Assembly (NCBI GenBank): GCA_050230475.1
Contig: JBFLGF010000009.1
Location: 62,001 to 121,795 of the forward strand
Reading direction: 5' to 3'
DNA length: 59,795 nucleotides
DNA from: Ancylonema sp.
Lineage: Eukaryota
Shown here: positions 11,515-23,300 of the stretch, in pieces
Position numbering within the stretch: the first letter of the stretch is position 1
Layout of the letters: each line of letters starts with the position of its first letter
Translations under genes and position numbers: made by a program
Notes under the pieces: generated by a model
The model's input: the letters and a program-made list of their open reading frames with translations, nothing else
The model's database searches: none
What the model was told of the DNA's origin: nothing

Positions 11515-14500
11515 CAGGTAAAAAAAAAAAAAAAAAAAAAATGAAAAAAAGTCCCTCTTCCGCACTCCCACAAAGGCACAGTGACGCACCCACAGCCCCT
11601 CCCATCCGATTCACTCCACCGCCACCCCCCCCAGCCGCCACCTGCCCCTGCCCCCCATCCCGGTGCAGCGCCACCCGCGCCTCCAGGAAGCCCTCTGACA
11701 GCAGGATGAGGTGGTGGGGGAAGTGCGGGAGCTTGAGGCTCTGCTGACCTGGCATTGCGCTTGGCCTGCTGGGGTCCGCCAGGTGGCGAAGGATTAGAGT
11801 GCAGCAACCTCACGTTGTTGTAGAGGGTGCGCAGAGGGAGCAGCTGCTTGGCAGAGATGACGGAGAGGGAGACGGAGCACTGGAGCCCGGTACAGCCTAC
11901 GAAAACCCTCTAAAACACATCCGACCCTCAAACCCTCACCCACACGGGTAGAGTGATCATTAGGGATGTGGAATTGAGTCCGGATGGTGGACACACATTG
12001 AACTCTTGGCTGTCTCACCTTACCTCCGATGTCTTTGAAACGAACTAAACTGAGATCATTGAAAATAGGTTTCACAGGCGTCCATGTTCATAACTTTATT
12101 CTTCTCTCTACGTGCATTTCTATTTTTCCATTTTTATTTCTGATTTTTTTTTAATTATGTACAAATGTATGAATTTCTGTAGATGTTACATTCTCTGCAT
12201 GTTTTTCATGCATGTGTTTGTAGTTGTTTCCCCCTTCCTACCTGCGGGAACGCGGATGCCACTGTGGGCGCATCTGCGACCCAGTAGCGGGGGAGATGGT
12301 TCTGGTCAGGCGGGGTGAGGGGGGGGAGGGGGGGGCAGGGGAGGGGAGAGGGGACGCGGTGGGGGGAGGAGGAGGTGACGAGGACCACGTGCTTCTGCCG
12401 CTCGATGCCGTGCTGAGTGGGAGGCGTCACTGAGTTGCCCGGGCAAAGGAGCTGGCAAGATGAGGCAGCGCCACCCGCGCCTCCAGGAAGCCCTCTGACA
12501 GCAGGATGAGGTGGTGGGGGAAGGTGCGGGAGGCGTCCGCTTGAGGCTCTGCTGACCTGGCATTGCGCTTGGCCTGCTGGGGTCCGCCAGGTGGCGAAGG
12601 ATTAGAGTGCAGCAGGGTGGGAGGCCGGGGGTGGGGGGCTGGGGGTGGACTCACGTTGTTGTAGAGGGTGCGCAGAGGGAGCAGCTGCTTGGCAGAGATG
12701 ACGGAGAGGGAGACGGAGCACTGGAGGAGGAGGAGGAGGGGGGGGGGGGGGGTGTGTTATCGGTACAGCCTACGAAAACCCTAAAACCCTAAAACACTAT
12801 AACCCTACAACCCGAAAACCCTAAAATCCGAAAACCCTACAACCCGAAAATCCGAAAACCCTCAAACCCTAAAACCCTTAAACCCTGAACCCCTAGAACC
12901 CTAAAACCCTACGGGTAGAGTGATCATTAGGGATGTGGAATTGAGTCGGATGAGAACGGATGGTGGACACACATTGAACTCTTGGCTGTCTCACAGGCAC
13001 CCATCCCATCATAGCTGCCCCTGCTTACCTCCGATGCCTCCTTTGAAACGAACTAAACTGAGATCATTGAAAATAGGTTTCAAAGGCGTCCATGTTCATA
13101 ACTTTATTCTTCTCTCTACGTGCATTTCTATTTTTCAGTCCATTTTTATTTCTGATTTTTTTTTAATTATGTACAAATGTATGAATTTCTGTAGATGTTA
13201 CATTCTCTGCATGTTTTTCATGCATGTGTTTGCTCCCCCTTCCCACCTGCGGGAACGCGGATGCCACTGTGGGCGCATCTGCGACCCAGTATTGGGGGAG
13301 ATGGTTCTGGTCAGGCGGGGTGAGGGGGGGAAGGGGAGGGCAGGGGAGGGGAGAGGGGACGCGGTGGGGGGAGGAGGAGGTGACGAGGACCACGTGCTTC
13401 TGACGCTCGATGCCGTGCTGAGTGGGAGGCGTCACTGAGTTGCCCGGGCAAAGGAGCTGGCAAGATGAGGGGAAGAAAAAAAAAAAAAAAATGAAAAAAT
13501 GAAAAAATGAAAAAATGAAAAAATGAAAAAATGAAAAAATGAAAAAATGAAAAAATGAAAAAAAAAATGAAATGCATTTTCTACACATGTCAAATGCTAA
13601 AATGCTACAATGCTGATTTTTGTTTTCTTCATGATGCAAAAAAAAAGGAATGTTGGCGTCGAAGAAGAGGGGATATGCAGAGATGTTGTTTTTGTGCGGA
13701 ACCGTTGGTTGTTGTTGGCAATTGTGACCCTCATGTGTTTAGAATTGAAAGTAAGGAGCTGAAAGCAAAGCATGGTTGGGGGTGGTTGGTTGTGTTACAG
13801 CGAGTGCTTCTGCCAGGGCCTCAGCAATAGCAGCCTCCCCCCCCCCCCCGCCTTGGAAGGGGATGGCGGCCAGCCAGCCGAGGAACTCATCCGAACTGCT
13901 GCTCCAACCACTCGCATCCAAAACGCGGTCTGACAGAGGAAGCAGCAGGAAGGTTCCGGGAAGTTCGTGGGAATAACCTGGAAATTAGGCGGGAATTACC
14001 TGAGGAGGAGGTCCGGGTGTGGAAGACGAGGAGAGCCATTTCCCCGACAGCGCCACTGCCTGCCACCACCTGACCACCCAGGGGATGGATGGGAGAGCTG
14101 GGGGGGGGGGGGAGAGGGAGGGAGGGGGTGGCCTCACCTTCCCGTTGCTGTCCACCCCACAGAAGGATCTGGCAACAGAACAACAGAAAAAGGGAAAAAG
14201 GGAGAAGAAGGTGGTGCACTGTTCTTTGGGATTCGAGTCGCTCCTCCGTGCACATATCATCATTGTCGTAGAGGATGAAGAGGAAGGCATGCCATTGTGC
14301 ATTTGTGCATTTGTGAACCATATGCATTTGGAAAAATGTGAAGTCTGTGCGAGAAAGTAAGTTTAAGAGAGTGATGCGCGTGAGCTGACATACTCTTGTG
14401 CAAATTTATACATCCTTTGGATATTCTGCGACTATTTACCTGAGTAATGATGATGTGATGATGATAGTGATGGTGATGGTGATGATATTGAAAATGGGCA

Positions 14501-15266
14501 ATTATGTTGATAATCTTATTTAAAATATTATTTATGATGGTATCGAACATACATATATGTATAAATATGAGGCAATATATATGAAAAGCAGGCACTTGTA
14601 TTCCTAAAAACAATAAAAGAAATGATAATGTCTGTCATGTAACAACATTTATGATGATTAAAATGACAGTGATTAAATAATTATGATTACAATATAAATA
14701 TCATTTATGATAACAATAATAATGATAATATTAATAATGAATATGATGATGACAATTATAATAAAAAATAATAACACATACCAATAATAATATTGACAAT
14801 AAATATAATAACAATGATAACATCAATAACAGTAATAAGAGTAATAATAATAATAACAATTATTGTATTCAGGAGTTTTTTTTTGGGGGGTACAGCCTGT
14901 CCTGATTACCCTGCACTGCATCTTTTGTTTGTTCTCATTGGTTGTTTCAAGTCATTTTTCAGAGTTGATCGCCCCTTATGAAGACCGTGATATTCATCGA
15001 TGAAAAAGAAAGAGTAGTGCATCTGTTTCATAAACACGTCACCCAAGGATTTATGAGATGCAATTGCTGCCGTCTCAGCGTCTCAGCGTCTCAGAGGCCG
15101 CCCTCTCTCATTGATGCAAGCGAGACGCCATGGCAAGCAATTCATACTTTGATCCTGATACGCACCTTATGATCTTGTGCAGATATTCTCTACAGAGAAG
15201 TGGCCAAGCTGGCCCTAAACAGGCATTGCCCTCCACTGCAATCACCAGCTGCTTCAAAGCCACCAT
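9087..15266 (-). CDS. MED25: Mediator of RNA polymerase II subunit 25 (PFT1); vWA and ACID domains; model disrupted by internal duplications
   Basis: Exon 1 (15266-15166) MVALKQLVIAVEGNACLGPAWPLLCREYLHKIIR. Further exons give SFCGVDSNGK; EMALLVFHT; SGWSSSSDEFLGWLAAIPFQGGG..EAAIAEALAEAL; QKHVVLVTSSSPH; ADAPTVASAFPQCSVSLSVIS; HHLILLSEGFLEAR; GKYTLLWEGQLAGARQGQPVVICKM; DWPDCMPIVRLIDQSHM; QYQGKAEVLVFR; EKKLCAVIELPSQTLLL..RLIGMVFP; last exon NMVVLR..stop 9087. Colinear with the recalled plant PFT1/MED25 motifs. Confidence 0.95.
9945..10976. repeat. Tandem duplication of about 520 bp inside MED25
   Basis: About 9945-10465 and 10475-10976 are near-identical (CAATACCAAAAGGGGGCCGGG ... AAACCCCCTTTATAACA). 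The right copy has small deletions. Confidence 0.95.
11665..13468. repeat. Tandem duplication (about 0.8 and 1.0 kb units) inside MED25
   Basis: About 11665-12465 repeats about 12466-13468 (three exons plus introns). The left copy has collapsed introns and a frameshifting deletion near 11725-11735. Confidence 0.93.
12775..12912 (+). repeat. Interstitial degenerate telomere-like repeat (AAAACCCT, i.e. TTTTAGGG)
   Basis: About 17 imperfect 8-nt units in a MED25 intron. Confidence 0.8.
13476..13572 (+). repeat. Poly-A run plus (TGAAAAAA)n tandem repeat
   Basis: About 8 units; on the minus strand it forms the polypyrimidine tract of a MED25 acceptor. Confidence 0.9.
14440..14865. repeat. AT-rich low-complexity (AAT/GAT)n region in MED25 intron 1
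   Basis: Degenerate trinucleotide runs with very low GC content. Confidence 0.85.
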
Positions 15267-16008
15267 GTCCGAAGCCTGTATCTCAAGATAGCCTAGCCTG
15301 TTCTTGTATCAAACTTGCAGACTACATCTGATCACATTCACCGTACTGAATTATTATCCTGCCATTACTGCCCTCCATTCTACGTCAGCACTAGCGTTCC
15401 GCGTTCCCTGTGTTCCAGAGTCCGTATCCTGCGTCTTTCATTCCGCGTCCGAATTCAATCTCAGTCAACAGAAAGTCAACAGCCGGGAAATCGTGCGGTT
15501 TTGTATCGCTTACATCGTTGAAAGGCTGCGTTGCGTCACAGGATTTCAGATTTGAAGGCCTCCAGAATCAGCGTGAACGGCACGTGAACGGCAAATGACC
15601 GGTGTCCACGGTCCACGCCTGAAAAAGACAGGCAAAAGATAGTAGAGAGGGCGCAGTAGAAGACCGGCAACCACCGCGTACCAATTCCTTGCGAGCCTCC
15701 TCACACTTCGAAGCTACTGAATGCCAAGCAGCAAATATTCACCCCACTGTGTCGGTGGATGCGTATGCACTGAGATTTTTCATTCGCTAAGAAGTGTAAG
15801 ACGGGGGTCACTGTAGTAGTGTTTGTTAAATAAATCACGCATCCGAACAGTGATCATGGTCACTTACTTCGCCGTGGTGACAGACCATACTGCCATTCAC
15901 AGTTCAGTTCACCTACACGAAGCAGGATCAGCTGCCAGCGCTGAATCCGTGGGAAGCCAACTCGATGACCGCCAAGATGGTCGCAATTCCTAGTTCTGCA
16001 GTCCTGCA

Positions 16009-19000
16009 ATGAATAGTTTGGGCGTCAGCATTCCTAGCACACACACGGAAATGACGTCTTGCAGTGGCCCTATAAGATCTTTCCGATGCAACAGTTTGTC
16101 GGTATCCAAGATAAACTTCGCTCTTCTTCCCAGAAACAGGGGCCATCCGTGCAACACGGTCAAGTTGCATAACAGCAGAAGACACATCAGCGAGCACACT
16201 AGTTTAAGAGTTGTGAACGCATTGAGTCAGTCCAATTCTGGGAAACATGATAGCCAAGACGCCAGCAGCACTGACAATGAAAGGCCAGAAAAGGATGGAA
16301 TTCTCGACCCTCGTCCCGCGAGCGTGGCTGTAAACCATCTGGAGTCTCAATTCAGAGTAGGCAGAGGAAAGCCAAACAAAAAATCTGAACGAGTCAGCCG
16401 CGCTCTGCCTGGCCCTTCTGACGTGGCAGGACACGTGGCACGAGTAGAACAAGCACTCGCTGCAAGGCTAGGTCCCGCCAAGGGGTCGTGGCTGGAAGAC
16501 AGCGGGAAGGGCCGTTCGCAACAGGAGGCCAAAGGAGCCCTCGCCTTGTACATAAAAAGGAACATTCGACAGTACGAAGAGATCAGCCACCCCGGAACAA
16601 TCGTGGTGAGCTCATAATTTTTTTCTTCCAATCATGCTGCAGAAGTTGTAAAGCATTGTCAGAAATTCGAGGCCTGAATCCCTGACTTCCAACTCGGTTT
16701 CGACCGCATCCGATTCCTATCCACACATCTCCCATCCTACCACACCATCCCAATGCTTGTGCCAGATTCTGGGAGATGTGGGAGCCGGAGCCATCGTCCG
16801 AGCGGGTGGTGACGTCATCGTTATGGGCCGCCTCGCTGGCGAAGTCTTTGCTGGACAGGCGGGAGACAGACATTCCAAAGTAGTGGCAGCAGCCATGGAG
16901 CCATCCAGAATCGCGATCGCCAATGTGTCCATGGCTGGACCTGACGGGAGAGCTCCCGGTCACCCTGAGGTGGCATCAGTACCTGAGAGAGGGTCTATTG
17001 TGTGAGTCAGAGCTTCTTATTCAATGTATTGAAACTAACATCACATACAATTTTTTTGCATTGTCTTTCCCCCAGATCTGATAGAAAGTTTAGGATGGGC
17101 AAAAAAATGGTGCCTTGGAAAAAATGAAATGATTCGGCCTCAGGGTTAGCAGACAGGGCATTCATTTCTTGACAATTTCGACATGACCTGATGTTTTAGA
17201 ACTGTTGTGTATGCGACCTTTGTCCTGCATCCAGCCATACCTCCAACCTCTGCTCATGCAGCAGACGTGATTGCTTGACTGATTGACTGATTGATTGATG
17301 GAGTGATTGATTGACTGATTGACTTATTGATCGATTGATTGATGGAGTGATTGTAAATTTACATATAATATTGCATTTGTTTATTAATGTATTTATTGAT
17401 TTGTTTCGTTTGTAGCATAGAGCCGTTGCCGGGATCAGGGCGATCCAGACGCAGAATTTCTGAAGCGATGGGCATCGAGGCCATGCTCCTGCAGCAGCAG
17501 CAGTACTCCCAGATGGAGTGGACGGTGCTGGACTCTGAGGCCGCAGCTTCCTCGAAACAACGCCTCACACCTGCCATCCGGGTATCGATGGCCACGGGTG
17601 CATACATCTGTGCGGCTGGGATTGCTCTCATGGCTGCGCCAAACACAGTCTTCGGTGAGTGCTCCGAGAATAAACACCTGTCCACTTCCCCACAGCACTC
17701 TGGGATCTCTGCCCCTCACCTCCCCCCTACAGGCCTCTTATTTGATGTGCAGACCATATCTAGCGGTTGGATTCAGGTATTCGGAGTGCTTTGCATGGTG
17801 AGGACCTCATCTCCCTCATCCTCCACAGGTCACATCTGGCCAATGCGTGACCTCCATCTGCCAGCTGGCAGTCTCTCACACATCATGCCACCAGTCCTGA
17901 TATGCTCATTTGGGGTGACCAATCGGTGACAGACTTTCGGCGTTTACTATTTTGGGGCGGCTTACGGAGACTCCGTTTGTCTCGGCGCGCGTGGCTTCTA
18001 CCTTTCCACGGTGGTCGGTAGAACGGTGCGGGCTCGACTGCCCCTCGACTGCCCATTCTCGTGCGCTTTTGGGAAATCGGAAATTTTGGAAATTTTGGAA
18101 ATTTTGGAAATTTTGGAAATTTTGGAAATTTTGGAAATTTTGGAAATTTTGGAAATTTTGGAAATTTTGGAAATATTGAAAACTTCTGGCAATTTTGAAA
18201 AATTATGGCAACCGGAGATATATGTAAACTTTAAAAATGATACATCTCGGCAATCGGAATTTCTGGCAATCGGAGACATATGTGAATTTTGGAAATTGGA
18301 AATTTCGGAAATTTGGGAGAATGTGGTTCAGTCATTTTGAGTCTGGAGTTACTGATAATACTTCCAAAAAAAAACGTATTTTATTGTTTGGAGACGTTTG
18401 GCTGCTTGACCGTTTGGCCATTTAGGTTAATTCACAAACATAAATCCTACTCTATCCTTTCAGGCAAAACATACAAAATGAAGAAAAAAAAATCAGAAAA
18501 AGATGTTCTATGCTGTGAAGTGCTGGACACAACGTGTCCGTACTCTCCCAGTAAGCACAAATAAAGTGTGCCTGTATTCACTGCACCCTAAACTCTACCA
18601 CCCACCCATAATTCGACATAGTGTAGGGTATGGTGTGGTACGTAATGAAATGTAGGATGCCCTGAGGACACTGTCTGCTGCGGGCAATACCACTTGAGTT
18701 GAGTCAGACACCATGGGAGCAGCAGCAGTAGCGTGAGGCCTGTTGGGAAAGGGTATGTGGCATACAAGGCGGCGCCTAAAAAGTCAGGCGGCTGGCAGCT
18801 GGGTTGGCTGCCAGCTTCAGACTGACACCATCATTCAGATCAGGCCAAAATGCTGTTTGGGTGCGTGGCTATCTATCAGATCTGAAATACCGTTTGATAT
18901 TATATAAAATAATGTATAAGTTAAAACTATGTGTCTCCTCTTTACAGTCTATGAGATCGAGGGAGATGTGGAACGGGGTTAGCTGTATTCCACATCATTG

Positions 19001-19493
19001 TTGCATCCCGAGCTCATGTTTTTTTCACTGGGCTCCAAATTTGCAGGCTTTGTTTTTCGCGTTTTGTGCGCTTGTCGCCTTCGGGGCTGTGCAGCGCTCT
19101 CTCCTCGTGGTCAGTCCCCCTCCCCCCGTTACCTTTTCATTTTTGAGGCTTTAAAATCTCAAACAACATTGTCAAATTCAAAAAAAACAAGTGTGGATCA
19201 GATTTTGGGGTTTCCACTCGGCTGTGCAGCACTACAGGCTCTTCTTTTTTTAGGTTATTTTTTTAGGGTTTATATTGCATCAGAAAAGGAGAGTAGAGAG
19301 GAGGAAGGGGGTGGGAACAAAAACAAACCAAAGCAAAACAAACAGGATAAGGGAAAACACAAATAAAAAAAAGATTTCATTTTGCATCCCTGTTTGGTTG
19401 CAGCTGGCTGTTGTAAACCTAGTGGGTGCGTTATCCATGTTGTACGCCCTTCGGAACTCAGCTCCGCACAACCATGCAGGCGCTCCCTCTTGA
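16009..19493 (+). CDS. minC-like: Putative plastid-targeted MinC C-terminal-domain protein fused to a 4-TM membrane domain
   Basis: Seven phase-consistent GT-AG exons: 16009-16605, 16766-17001, 17416-17654, 17733-17797, 17933-18025, 19047-19109, 19404-19493. Ser/Arg-rich N-terminus, then ALYIKRNIRQYEEISHPGTIV|ILGDVGAGAIVRAGGDVIVMGRLAGEVFAG..MEPSRIAIA..HPEVASVPERGSIVIEPL, the MinC_C beta-helix signature, then four hydrophobic helices. Confidence 0.88.
17274..17352 (+). repeat. Degenerate (GATT/GACT)n repeat in an intron
   Basis: TTGACTGATTGACTGATTGATTGATGGAGTGATTG is present twice with variation. Confidence 0.8.
18080..18181 (+). repeat. Intronic tandem repeat (GAAATTTTG)n
   Basis: About 10 perfect 9-nt units; source of the spurious KIS/EIL/FWK ORFs. 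Confidence 0.95.
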
Positions 19494-20367
19494 CAACCCC
19501 ATGGCATGTCGCTAACGATCATTCATCATTGTCATATTTGAGCACCTTCGTCACAAGGCAGAGCGATGGACCAAGTTGATCAAGAAATTCGATATTTCGA
19601 TATAGAAATTCGCATTGTTAGTTCCAGAAATTCGATAGATTTGGTGTAAAAATGATATCATAATGGTATGCGCACTAGAAAGGTCTACAACGGTTTGAGT
19701 CGGAAGCCCATGGTTCCATGTGACATACTTAGTCAGCCGTATATATGTATAAGCTGAGCTGAACCTGGTGTATAGAGCTGAGTGGCATCTACCATCGATC
19801 GTAATCATGATCGTGATTGTGACTATACAGTGGTGTATCTGCTGTACTGTGTTCGCATTCTCACGTTTGGTCATCGAGTGAGAGGCAGGACAGCAAGCCA
19901 TTCCACGCCCCTATTCTGCAGAATCGAAATTGTGTGATGGAATAGAGACTAGGAGAGGAAGGGTCACATGTTTTCCGAGAGTTTGAAAGCTTTTGCGCCG
20001 CTTGACATGAATGAGGGGCGCAAATGGCTACTCTATCTTGCCTCCCATTCATTCATTCCCACACACACATCACTCATCTGTCCGACATCCACAAGGCGCC
20101 GACGGGCCTTTCAGACATCACATGAGCGCAAATCAGACCTCACGAGCCTATTCATAACAAACAATAGTTGGGAATTGACCAAAAAAATAAGATTACAGGT
20201 TGATGTCGCATACTTATTCACTTGCATACTTGAACACTTTAATACTTGCATACTCGAATACTCGAGTATGTAAAAGTCTGAGGAGGCTCAACAATTCCAC
20301 TTCATTTGCACTCTTCTGTCCCAAGGCACTGACACCTGTCACCTCCTTTTTCCCTTTCCATAGCGAT

Positions 20368-23300
20368 CTACGTCTGCAGCAAACTCGTCAAAAACTTAGC
20401 TACCTCCAATGCCTTGTCTTCTATGAACCTTTTTTCGGACTCTACCAACCTCCCTCGTATAGAGGCAAACTTGTCGGAATGCCATCTGAGCAGCATCCTC
20501 ATCACCTTCCTCTTCTTATCTCCGCCATTCGCATCGTTCACTTGGAACACATATTTGAAAGTTGGGATGTCGAGAGGGGGCCAGGGGAAGTGGAGAATTG
20601 TGAGGAGGGTCGTTTTGGAGTCGTTGATCTGTTTCCATTTGTCGTCGTGACGTTCCACCGACATCATACGTGGATCTTTGGCCATCATTTGCGCCCTCCA
20701 CCACAACGAGTTGTTGTGCGCCTGGGCACGCCTCTCTGCTGCAAAAAGCCAAAAAGTCAAGAACACACAAAATGAACATGTTACAAACTGTCTCATCTCC
20801 CGCCATTTTGTCTAAACTGTGTGACGTCAGCATTGCCCTGATGGAACTCTTCCAGAGAAAAGCCAGGGACTACATACAGTGCATCTACATTTTCCAAACA
20901 TAGGTATGTCTGCGTTCAGGCACACACACACCCACATACCTCTTCTGAATCTATCCCTCCCTACCACCAACTTCACCCATCCTGCTACAGACTGGAGACA
21001 CGAACCCCCCTCACATCTGTAGTCAACAATATCATATGCAGTCAACAACAGTGTGGCACTTTCTTTCTCACCCGCTTTCTCACCTGATTCTTTTTCCGCT
21101 TTCGCAGCACTCGCTGCTTTGGCTTCGAACTGAGCGTACGCATAGGCAGCTTTGGCGGCTTTGGCATCCGCAGTGGCTGCCCTTTTTGCCGCTGCCGCTG
21201 CCTTTTTGCTGCTGCCATCCTCACCGCCGCTTTTTGCCGAAGCTTCTGCCGCCGCTGCTTTTGCCGCCTCTGCTTTTTGCCGCTCGGATTCCCGGTAAGC
21301 CTCTGCTGCGAAGATTTTTGCCGCCTTTTCTGCCGCCGCCCTTTCTGCCGCCTGCTTGCCCATTTCTTCTGCCGCATTCTTCTGCTGCAGAAGGGACAGA
21401 GTCAAAGGAGGCACCCTGCTTGAGATCAGCGTCTAAGTGCTCTACCCCCTACCACCCAACCAACCATACAGCCTAACAGCCTAACAGCCGCTAACACCCT
21501 GCCCAGAGCTACCAGGGCCGCCCAGGTGAGCTGTCTTCAACCAATCACGACACTCTCCGAGACTCAGTATCCACCCCCAACCCCCAACCTCCAACCTCCA
21601 ACCCCCAACCTCTGATCGACTGGCCAACCCACCGACCAACCTTATTTTCGTACTCCTTCCTTGCCCTCAAGTTCTCCTCTTGTCGCTGCCTCTCCTTTGC
21701 GACTTTCACCTCCGCTTTGGCAGCTGCCCTCTGCGCCCGTTCCCTCTCCGCATTCTCCTTCAGGTCCTCCACCACCTTCTTCACTTTTTCATCCATCTCC
21801 TTCTTACGTTCCTCACTCTCTTTCACCTCTTCCTCTTCTCTCCTCCTCCTCACTGTCTCCTCTCTCTCCCTGGCCACCCTCGCTTGCTCTTCTGCCAACT
21901 TCTTGCCCCTCTGCATTCTCTCCTCCAATTCCTTCTGCATCTTTTCTGCTGCTTTCACCTTCCTTTTCATCTCCTCCGCCGCCTCCTTCCGCCTCACCTC
22001 CTCTTCTACTTCCAACCTCCTCCTCTCCTGCTCCTTTTTCTTTCTCTCATGTTCTGCTGCTGCTAAGTACTTCAACCTCTCCATCTCTAGCCTTCGCTTC
22101 TCCAGCTGCTCCTCCACCATCTTCAGCTCCCGTCTCCTTGCCTCTAACGCCCTCTCCTCTGCTTTCTTCTTCTCCTGAATCTTCCTCATTTCCTCCCGCC
22201 TCTGTTGCAGCGCAGCCCGCTCTTCCTCTTTCTTCTTCTCTTTGGCCAACCGCTCCCTCTCAGCCTGAACACAACTCAATGCAAGGCCGCTGGATCAATG
22301 ACTTTGCACTCTAACATGAAACAAGTGATCATGTTTGTGCATTGGCAGCACCTCCCTCATTCGACTGATGGTACCTCACAGGGCATACCACTACAGGACG
22401 AAATACGAAATAGAGTCTGTTTGTTATCCACCTTCCCATATCCCACAGCAGCCACTCCTTACCCCACCTGCCCTATCTACCTACTAGGTACCTGCCCTGC
22501 CTCATCAGAATCTGCCCACTATGCTACTTCCACCTTACTTTGGCCGCTTTCTCTTCAACAACTTTTTGAATTTGTCGTAGCCTCTCCTCACGAGATTCTA
22601 CGCGTTGCCGCTCGAATGCAGCTCGCTTCTGGGCATCCTGCACAGCCCTCTCCACATCCCTATTAATCTCTGGGAGTTCACTCTCGAAACAACCGCCCTG
22701 AAGTCAGATTGCTGGCTACGTAATCTGATAAAAACAGCCAAAAGCTGTGCAGCCTAGGTCACTCGAATACAGTTAACAAAGACAACCCTACATTCAAAAC
22801 CGTTTGTTTCCGGCATGCTAAAAACAAATTCGAATATCGATATCACATTCTTGGCACTGCATTGGTCACATGCACCCTGTTTATATTCTTGTTATAAACA
22901 AACCACTCAGAGCAGCTGCGATTCGTCCTCCCTCCAAATAACCCGCAGTACTGTTGATAACCGCAGCCCAGATGTAGCATACTCCTACTGAACTACTGAA
23001 CTACTGAACTACTGAACTACTGAACTACTGAACTACTGAACTGCTCTCATCGCAGGAGGTCCAACAGAGTTCCCCGTGCCTGCCCCCACCACCCCAGATA
23101 TGCTTACCATCTGCTCCTTCTCATCGCGCTTTCTTTTCTTCTCAGCCTCCAAGGTCTCTTTCACCTCCTTCTTTGACGTGCAGGAGGGGCAGACACCGAG
23201 CCCTGGGGCCCGCCCCTTCAGAGTGTCCTTGATGTATTGCGAGAAACGCAGTATGTCGTCTTTGTGGTGGGCATCCCTCGAGCACAGAATTTTGACGTCA

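Noticed and set aside
16009..17005. MinC as bacterial contamination or an organellar insert
   Set aside because: The gene has canonical spliceosomal introns, a transit-peptide-like N-terminus and eukaryotic neighbours; no minD/minE are adjacent.
17952..18340. ORFs with KIS/EIL/FWK repeats
   Set aside because: Translations of the intronic (GAAATTTTG)n array.
21036..22666. Plus-strand Ser/Pro/Leu/Phe-rich ORFs
   Set aside because: Antisense to the purine-rich coiled-coil exons.
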